Virus record (IMG/VR): IMGVR_UViG_3300042558_004148
Location: 124,001 to 188,000 of that record
Strand: one strand, 5' to 3'
DNA: 64,000 bases
The position numbers were made by a program, and so were the translations under genes. The notes under the pieces were generated by a model. That model did not search any database. It had not been told where the DNA came from and was given only the letters and a program-made list of their open reading frames with translations. Position 1 is the first letter of the stretch; each line of letters starts with the position of its first letter. Shown piece by piece: positions 58,117 to 64,000 of this stretch.

Positions 58117-58689
58117 TTAACTCTTTCTCCTAAAATTCATACTGATTACAATACGTTGTTCATTGCTGAAATTCTTTGTGACGTAATGCGGCAGGGTGCT
58201 ATCAAACATCGCAAATTTACCGGCTTCAGCTACAATCTCTTTATGACATGTTCTGTATGGGTTAATCTGATATTGAAATACTAGATTTCCACTGTCTTTG
58301 GGAACCTGAATCCAAATAGCAGCACTTACGTGAGCTCCTCCCTCATAGTTATCCTGTGTCTCGTGGGAATGCAGATTTGTAGATTCATTGTGATTGTGGA
58401 TAACAGCCCAGAATGCGGAATTTGGATCCTGACCCTCCTGATTTTGCCAACAAAGTTCTATTTCCTCTCCAAACGAAGAAAACCACTCGTTACAGAGGAC
58501 TTGTACTATCCCCTGTACCTGTGGTGTAAAATTTATTCTGATATCCTCATACCTTATATTAGTAATATCCTTTGACATGTTTCTCCCCTCTTTATGGTTT
58601 GATAATATCATTTCTACGAGGGGATTTAGATCCTCTTGTAAATGGCCTATAAGATATTCAGTTTTTGTAAGAGTAATTACTTCTGACAT
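58117..58689 (-). CDS. putative 2OG-Fe(II) oxygenase
   Basis: W....HSH, G.LVF, FDS.LPHYV..N....RIVISMNF. Confidence 0.75.
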   Translation of the reverse strand: MSEVITLTKTEYLIGHLQEDLNPLVEMILSNHKEGRNMSKDITNIRYEDIRINFTPQVQGIVQVLCNEWFSSFGEEIELCWQNQEGQDPNSAFWAVIHNHNESTNLHSHETQDNYEGGAHVSAAIWIQVPKDSGNLVFQYQINPYRTCHKEIVAEAGKFAMFDSTLPHYVTKNFSNEQRIVISMNFRRKS

Positions 58690-58692
58690 AGA

Positions 58693-59595
58693 TTACCATT
58701 TAAAAGCTTTCTTGAATCCTTTATCTATTTGGTTTCCTGCGTCTTTAAATGCATTATCAGCTTCTCTTGCTAATCTCTCGGTTTCTCTGGCTGCAGCATC
58801 AGCTTCTTCCTGAGCAGCTCTAGCTTGTCTGTCAAATTCTTCCTGAGCTTCTCTAGCTAATCTTTCAGTTTCTCTTTGAGCTTCTGCAGCTTGTTCTGCT
58901 AATACCCTATCAGCCTCATCAGCTAATCTTTTTGCTTCTGCAGCTTGTTCTTCAGCTAATTTTTGTGCTGCAGCGGCATCTTCTGCTATTTGATTTGTAT
59001 CAATACTAACGCTTAGGTCAACATCAACACCAAGTAGTACTGCTACTTCACCGCTAACTCCGATTGTTGCAACTCCATCAACATAAGTAGCTTCGCCACC
59101 TCCACCGATTCCAACTTGTTCACCAACTGATACTCCTGCACCGGCTGTAACTGAACCTTCTCTTAAATCTAATGTTCCTTCTCCATCTACACCAGCCGCT
59201 GATCCCGCTGATACGCTTCCATTTGCTACTACACCTTCATCACCTGCTCTTACTTCAAGTTCAGCTTCGTTTCCTGTTTTAACATAAGCATCTACTGTAC
59301 CACTAGCACCAAATCCTTCAGCATTAGCTTGACCATCTACTGTAATATGAGCTTCAGTCGTATCTGAATAACTTGCTTCCACATAAACGTTATTACCATC
59401 TAAACCACCCTCAACAGATGCTTCAGTTCCGGTTTTAACAGATGCTTCAATACCGATTGAGGCATTTTCATCTCCTGTTGATACTCCTGCAGATGCAGTT
59501 GTTGTAGTATCAATCGATGCACCGCCTGAAGTTCCATCTGAGTGGGTTTCAGCCGATTGATTGTTTTCAAAATTTGTGTTTGTTTCTGTTGACAT
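58693..59595 (-). CDS. Gly/Ala/Val-rich beta-repeat protein with repeated acidic coiled-coil tail
   Basis: Alternating small/hydrophobic strands, then EQAAEA and RETERLAREA repeats. Confidence 0.6.
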   Translation of the reverse strand: MSTETNTNFENNQSAETHSDGTSGGASIDTTTTASAGVSTGDENASIGIEASVKTGTEASVEGGLDGNNVYVEASYSDTTEAHITVDGQANAEGFGASGTVDAYVKTGNEAELEVRAGDEGVVANGSVSAGSAAGVDGEGTLDLREGSVTAGAGVSVGEQVGIGGGGEATYVDGVATIGVSGEVAVLLGVDVDLSVSIDTNQIAEDAAAAQKLAEEQAAEAKRLADEADRVLAEQAAEAQRETERLAREAQEEFDRQARAAQEEADAAARETERLAREADNAFKDAGNQIDKGFKKAFKW

Positions 59596-59611
59596 AATTT
59601 ATTTTTTATTT

Positions 59612-59902
59612 TTATTTTAATTCGTTTATTGCATCCTCAGCATACTTGTCCCTCTGGTCCTCCAGATATTTAATCCTGTCTAGCATAATGGATTTATCCT
59701 CCTTGTTAGTCTGTTCAATATAGGCTTTCTGCTCTTCATATAATTTCTGCCAATATGCTACTCGCTCTTCCATCATTCTACCTTGATACCAAATAACACC
59801 TATCATGAGTACTATGGTAAATGATTGTTCTTTTAGTTTAGATAGAAATACGTCGGCGAATCCTGATATATTCGAATTGCCATTTGTTTCTTTTGCTTCC
59901 AT
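59612..59902 (-). CDS. single-TM coiled-coil protein (holin-like, lysis cassette)
   Basis: FTIVLMIGVIWY TM segment; immediately downstream of the endolysin. Confidence 0.45.
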   Translation of the reverse strand: MEAKETNGNSNISGFADVFLSKLKEQSFTIVLMIGVIWYQGRMMEERVAYWQKLYEEQKAYIEQTNKEDKSIMLDRIKYLEDQRDKYAEDAINELK

Positions 59903-59947
59903 ATTCTTAATATTTTAGATATTTGAAAATTATATATTATAATAAGT

Positions 59948-59976
59948 AAAAAGGCCCGGGGATAACCGAGCCTTTT
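59948..59976 (-). terminator. intrinsic terminator
   Basis: AAAAGGC.CGG...CCG.GCCTTTT stem after the endolysin. Confidence 0.65.
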
Positions 59977-59996
59977 GGTGTTATTTGTTATTCAAA

Positions 59997-60818
59997 TTAT
60001 TTTAAAAGAGAATAATACTCTTTGAAGTGCTTAATTCTATCAGCTAAGCCAATTGTACCTCCATTAACTCTTTTAGTAACTGAGGTAACAACAGCATCAG
60101 TAGCTCCTTGATCACAAATAGACCAAAGTTTATTGTTGTTGAAGAACCAAGCTGCAGAAGCCAATGGATATTTAGTTGAAACTAAATCTGGATTTGCTAA
60201 GATATCATCATCAACGAATTTATCGAATGAAGTGTAATTAGCTTTACCTGTTAATTGGATATAACCTCTACCTCTAAATTTAAAACCTTCTTTAGAAGCT
60301 TCGTCACCGTTACCCATTCTTCCACCATAAACTCTTGCAGCAATCTTTTCAGGTTGTCTTGCATAAGATTCATTAAGTGTACCTGGGAAATATTTTGGAA
60401 AAATCTTTTTAAGACCATCCGCAGAGTAGTTAAGGTTTTCACTAACTGCTTTAAATCCGCCAGATTCATGACCACACTGAGCTAAAAAGTGAGCAAGTCT
60501 TAGTACATTACTAATCCCAAATTTTGAAGCAGTAGCAGGAATTTGTGCAATAACTGCATCAGGAATATGACCTTTAAGAGCTGCCAATTTAAAATCAGAA
60601 GCAGGTATAGCAACTGGAGCAGCAGCAACTGGAGCAGCACCAAATAATTTAGTCCATGTTCCATCACCAACAACGCCATCAGCAGTTAATCCATTAGCTG
60701 CTTGCCATGCTTTAACCTTAGCTTCAGTACCCGGACCGAAAGCTCCATCAGCAGCTAATCCTAATTTAGCTTGGAGTTTTTTTACGTCTTCTCCTTTAGA
60801 CCCATTCTTTAATAACAT
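59997..60818 (-). CDS. endolysin: PG_binding_1 domain + GH19 (chitinase-like) muramidase
   Basis: LKNGSKGEDVKKLQ...DG.FGPGT; AHFLAQCGHESGGF, ENLNYS, RGRGYIQLTG, VNGGTIGL.DR. Confidence 0.93.
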   Translation of the reverse strand: MLLKNGSKGEDVKKLQAKLGLAADGAFGPGTEAKVKAWQAANGLTADGVVGDGTWTKLFGAAPVAAAPVAIPASDFKLAALKGHIPDAVIAQIPATASKFGISNVLRLAHFLAQCGHESGGFKAVSENLNYSADGLKKIFPKYFPGTLNESYARQPEKIAARVYGGRMGNGDEASKEGFKFRGRGYIQLTGKANYTSFDKFVDDDILANPDLVSTKYPLASAAWFFNNNKLWSICDQGATDAVVTSVTKRVNGGTIGLADRIKHFKEYYSLLK

Positions 60819-60872
60819 ATTAGTTTTGGTTTTTTATTTTATATATTCCCATAACCAAAAAAAATACGTACA

Positions 60873-60904
60873 TTTTTTTGTTCCGTAATCATAAATTACA
60901 TTTG
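60873..60904 (+). promoter_or_regulatory. Bacteroidota-type early promoter
   Basis: TTTTTTTGTTCCG-N11-TACATTTG. Confidence 0.65.
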
Positions 60905-60923
60905 CATGAAAATAAAAAGACGT

Positions 60924-61283
60924 ATGAAAAAAATAATGCCTTTATTGATCCTGGTTATTGCTATTTCCAGTTGTAATAATGTTGAATATCCGATGTATCA
61001 ATATGGTGAGGAATCTGAAATTCCTGATTCACTGAGAGTGAAATATGCAGAGTGGGTTACGGAGACAGTTAAAGCCTCCAATAACAACATGACCGGTGGT
61101 GATTATGAGGATCCGGAGGATGTTGTTGCACAGGTTGAGATTACTGGTCATAATATATTCTCTGTTAAAGTGGAAGGAATGCACGTTACTAATTGTGCCG
61201 AATGTATGTGGGAATTCGTCCCAGTATATAAAATGACACCCCGACAGATTTCAATTTTTAAAAAACTAAAGGAACAAAGATAA
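60924..61283 (+). CDS. lipoprotein
   Basis: MKKIMPLLILVIAISSC lipobox. Confidence 0.65.
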   Translation: MKKIMPLLILVIAISSCNNVEYPMYQYGEESEIPDSLRVKYAEWVTETVKASNNNMTGGDYEDPEDVVAQVEITGHNIFSVKVEGMHVTNCAECMWEFVPVYKMTPRQISIFKKLKEQR

Positions 61284-61302
61284 TATATCGAATATAAATA
61301 AT

Positions 61303-61995
61303 ATGAAATACTTATCAATAGACATCGAGACCACCGGACTTAATCCGGAAAAAAATGAAATCCTATCAATCGGAGTTATTGTAGAGGATACAAACAACAA
61401 GCTTCCATTTGAGGACATCCCAAAATTCCACGTTGCAATTAAAAGGGAAGAAATCACTGGATCCCCATTTGCTATCAATATGAATAAGGATCTCATCGAG
61501 GCTATAGTTCATTATCAGGAGGCAGAATCACTGGATGAAAAGAATGATTTGGTTCATATGACCGGTATGCAATTTTTAAATGAAAGCGATGTTGCTGATG
61601 CCCTATTTAGATTCCTGTATGATAATGGAATGGTTAAAAAGGAAGATACCAGCGGATGGAGCCATGCGCAAACTGGTGAGCATTTTAGAATCATTAACGG
61701 CAAGTCATATCCGGTATTAAAATCTAACATGAATCCTGTCTCTCTAAATGTAGCAGGTAAAAACTTTGGTACATTTGATAAATTGTTTATCGAGAAACTT
61801 CCGAGATGGAAACAAATATTCAGAATTAAGCAAAGAATTATTGATCCATCGATATTATTTACCAATTGGATCGAGGATGATTCATTGCCTTCATTAAATC
61901 AATGTAAGCAGAGAGCTAAGATAGATGGAGCAGTTACTCATAATGCTTTGGAAGATGCATGGGATGTTGTAGAATTACTACGAACACAGTATTAG
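61303..61995 (+). CDS. DEDDh 3'-5' exonuclease
   Basis: IDIETTGL, AGKN...FD, HNALEDA. Confidence 0.88.
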   Translation: MKYLSIDIETTGLNPEKNEILSIGVIVEDTNNKLPFEDIPKFHVAIKREEITGSPFAINMNKDLIEAIVHYQEAESLDEKNDLVHMTGMQFLNESDVADALFRFLYDNGMVKKEDTSGWSHAQTGEHFRIINGKSYPVLKSNMNPVSLNVAGKNFGTFDKLFIEKLPRWKQIFRIKQRIIDPSILFTNWIEDDSLPSLNQCKQRAKIDGAVTHNALEDAWDVVELLRTQY

Positions 61996-62107
61996 TATAA
62001 GCTAAAATAAAAGCTTTTAGTGACGTCTTTTATTTTTACTGATGTAGATGCATTAAAATGTATTTAATCCGGTAGGGATAAAAAAAATCAATAAAAAATC
62101 AATAAAA

Positions 62108-62139
62108 TTTTTTTATCCCGAGTTGTGGTCTTATATTTG
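62108..62139 (+). promoter_or_regulatory. Bacteroidota-type early promoter
   Basis: TTTTTTTATCCCG-N11-TATATTTG. Confidence 0.7.
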
Positions 62140-62172
62140 TAATGTATTTAAAAACAAAAACAATTAAGAGAT

Positions 62173-62694
62173 ATGAAAAAGTTAATCGCAATCGCAGTTT
62201 TAATTATCGCATCGGTAACAACTGCACAGGTAAATGCTCAATCTAAAGAAACAGCATTTGAAAAAGAATTAATTAAATTCGTAGATAGCACAGTTAGTGC
62301 ATCAGGTAAAAATCTTACAAAGCTAGATAGATTTAAGGAAGGATGCTATACCCACGTGAAAGTAAAAAAATTCGGGGAAGCAGATACGCCATATAGTAGA
62401 TCTAAAGCACCTAGTCACAATATATTTAGCTACACCGCAGATAGTGAAGGTAATGGGAATATTAATCCGGAAAAATATGGTATTGAATTGGTTGAAAAAA
62501 CATATGCTTCACGAATCTCTAAGATATTAAATGATCCAGCAAATATTGAAGCGGGTTATGATTCATATTACTTCACAATTGTAACAATAAAAGGCTCTTA
62601 CTACTTAGTTTTTGCAATGGGATATTTAGATCCAGTAGACACGGACGAAAGAATGAATGCAGAATTTAATAAGTCAATGGAAACTACAAATTAG
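62173..62694 (+). CDS. secreted hypothetical protein
   Basis: Signal peptide MKKLIAIAVLIIASVTTAQVNA-Q. Confidence 0.6.
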   Translation: MKKLIAIAVLIIASVTTAQVNAQSKETAFEKELIKFVDSTVSASGKNLTKLDRFKEGCYTHVKVKKFGEADTPYSRSKAPSHNIFSYTADSEGNGNINPEKYGIELVEKTYASRISKILNDPANIEAGYDSYYFTIVTIKGSYYLVFAMGYLDPVDTDERMNAEFNKSMETTN

Positions 62695-62702
62695 AATCCA
62701 TA

Positions 62703-62754
62703 TAAAAACAAAAAACCCTAGATAAAATATTATCTAGGGTTTTTTTGTTTTTTA
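62703..62754. terminator. bidirectional terminator
   Basis: AAAAAACCCTAGATAA/TTATCTAGGGTTTTTT between convergent genes. Confidence 0.8.
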
Positions 62755-62762
62755 TGTTACGA

Positions 62763-63956
62763 TTAAGCTATAACGCTAGAATTTAATTGAATTACTGCCT
62801 GAGCTATAATGATTTTATCAGCCTTGTTTGAATCTTCAGATGCCATATAAACTAATTCAGGAGTTGTTTTATCAACTGGTGCTAAATATTCACCCTCAAC
62901 ATTAAGTGTAACTCTTCTCCAGGTCTTTCTGTCTTCAGTACTTGCTTTTGGTTGAATGTCTAATTTATCAGAAACCTTAACATCAGCAGCCTTGAAAGAG
63001 GTAGTTGATTTAATATAATCAGCAACCGCTTGAGCTCTTTCTTTACAAAGTGCTTCGTTTCTAGCTTTATCACCTTCTTGTGATGCACCACCAGTAACAG
63101 TAATACTATTAGCTGAAGCAACGTTACCTAGTGCTGCTAATATTGCAGCTTTACCTTCTTCTTTAAGAACTGATTTATTAACATCAAAAAGAGTGTTATC
63201 ATCCTGAATAACGATAGGTTTTAATGTTTCTGCAGTTGTTGTTTTTTGTCTTACGAACTGTATAATCTCCCTAGATTCATATTCAACACCACCTTGTGGA
63301 ACGATCTTAACAGGGTAATAGAAATAGTATTGTACAGATACATCTGATGAACCTTTTCTATCGGCAGGCTGTGGCTCGCTAACGAATCCAGATGGTGTCT
63401 TTAATAATTGATTCTTAACTGGACTATCATATCTCCACACTTTAGCGTCAAGTTTAGCTTGATTATCTACAATAAGGTATTGATTAACTGGACCTGATCC
63501 CGAAAGGAAATCACCATCATTTTTCTCACCTGATGTGAATTTCTTTTTACCGCTATCGTAATATGGATCCTTAAATCCACCAATATTTTTTAGGTTTAAT
63601 TTGGCTAAATATTGGGCAAACCCTATTCTTTTACCCGATCCATCAAGAACTGAACCACCCAAAAGATTCTTATATTCAAATTCTTGTAGATCGAAATCGA
63701 TGCTAGAAATCTCAGTTGCATCGGTTCTTGTCATATCTGATAGACAGCTACTAATACGACCCAAAGGTATTGCTTGTGAATAATTACCCTGATTAATTAC
63801 TTCCTCGATAGCACCTAATGCCTTTCTTCCTTTAGCATCCAGACCTTCAGCAGCTAATGCTGTTTTAAGTTCAGTGAAATCGCTTACTTTTAATCCTTCA
63901 TTAATAGCAAATTTTAAGAACTCGCTAAAGCTCTCGAATACTGGTTTATTTTCCAT
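62763..63956 (-). CDS. OmpA-C-like peptidoglycan-binding domain protein with capsid-targeting-like N-terminus
   Basis: LFDVNKSVLK...ITVTGGAS.EG...RN..L...RAQAVADY...RRV; no signal peptide; MENKPVFESFSEFLKFAINE; GATATATA on the minus strand at 63987-63994. Confidence 0.7.
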   Translation of the reverse strand: MENKPVFESFSEFLKFAINEGLKVSDFTELKTALAAEGLDAKGRKALGAIEEVINQGNYSQAIPLGRISSCLSDMTRTDATEISSIDFDLQEFEYKNLLGGSVLDGSGKRIGFAQYLAKLNLKNIGGFKDPYYDSGKKKFTSGEKNDGDFLSGSGPVNQYLIVDNQAKLDAKVWRYDSPVKNQLLKTPSGFVSEPQPADRKGSSDVSVQYYFYYPVKIVPQGGVEYESREIIQFVRQKTTTAETLKPIVIQDDNTLFDVNKSVLKEEGKAAILAALGNVASANSITVTGGASQEGDKARNEALCKERAQAVADYIKSTTSFKAADVKVSDKLDIQPKASTEDRKTWRRVTLNVEGEYLAPVDKTTPELVYMASEDSNKADKIIIAQAVIQLNSSVIA

Positions 63957-64000
63957 TATATTATTGTTTTTATTTTTATTATTTATTATATATCTACTCC

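Noticed and set aside
55-63783. Many short ORFs in the track lying antisense to or inside long genes (e.g. 55..540, 21632..22096, 40993..41376, 56178..56543)
   Set aside because: Shadow frames of well-supported genes, with no motifs or promoters
1-64000. Stop-codon reassignment, as in some huge Bacteroidota phages
   Set aside because: Conserved genes are full-length under code 11, and TAG and TGA both terminate real ORFs (e.g. 6875, 12529, 32004)
1-64000. CRISPR array, tRNA genes, integrase/transposase, reverse transcriptase (DGR or retron)
   Set aside because: No regularly spaced repeats or such enzyme motifs seen; the only tRNA-like arms belong to the tmRNA

Overview
AT-rich (about one-third GC by eye), gene-dense 64 kb segment of a large T4-like (jumbo/huge) dsDNA phage using the standard genetic code. 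The host is very likely Bacteroidota, from six TAnnTTTG-type promoters, a G-initiated tmRNA tag and Hc1- and DUF4494-like genes. The window carries: (1) replication and nucleotide genes: family-B DNA polymerase split into two genes 14 kb apart, clamp-like protein, two-subunit type II topoisomerase, class Ia RNR, gp56-type dCTPase/dUTPase, Adk, ThyA, a second Asp-type thymidylate synthase homolog, IMPDH/GMPR and RNase HII; (2) repair and nuclease genes: MBD4-like glycosylase, UvsE, T5 A1-like protein and a secreted nuclease; (3) chaperones; (4) two LamG virion-protein cassettes; (5) lysis genes; (6) a tmRNA followed by a GIY-YIG homing endonuclease. Three promoter classes can be read from the intergenic DNA. 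The most interesting signals are: about 15 proteins, many of them enzymes, carrying a T4 capsid-targeting-like motif and mostly under a GATATATA promoter; a dispersed cytosine-modification set with an MBD4-like glycosylase; a triple nucleotidyl-transfer locus; and a zinc-ribbon gene enclosed by a 14-bp 5'-3' panhandle with a three-way-junction leader RNA. All family calls come from motif recognition by eye, not from database searches.
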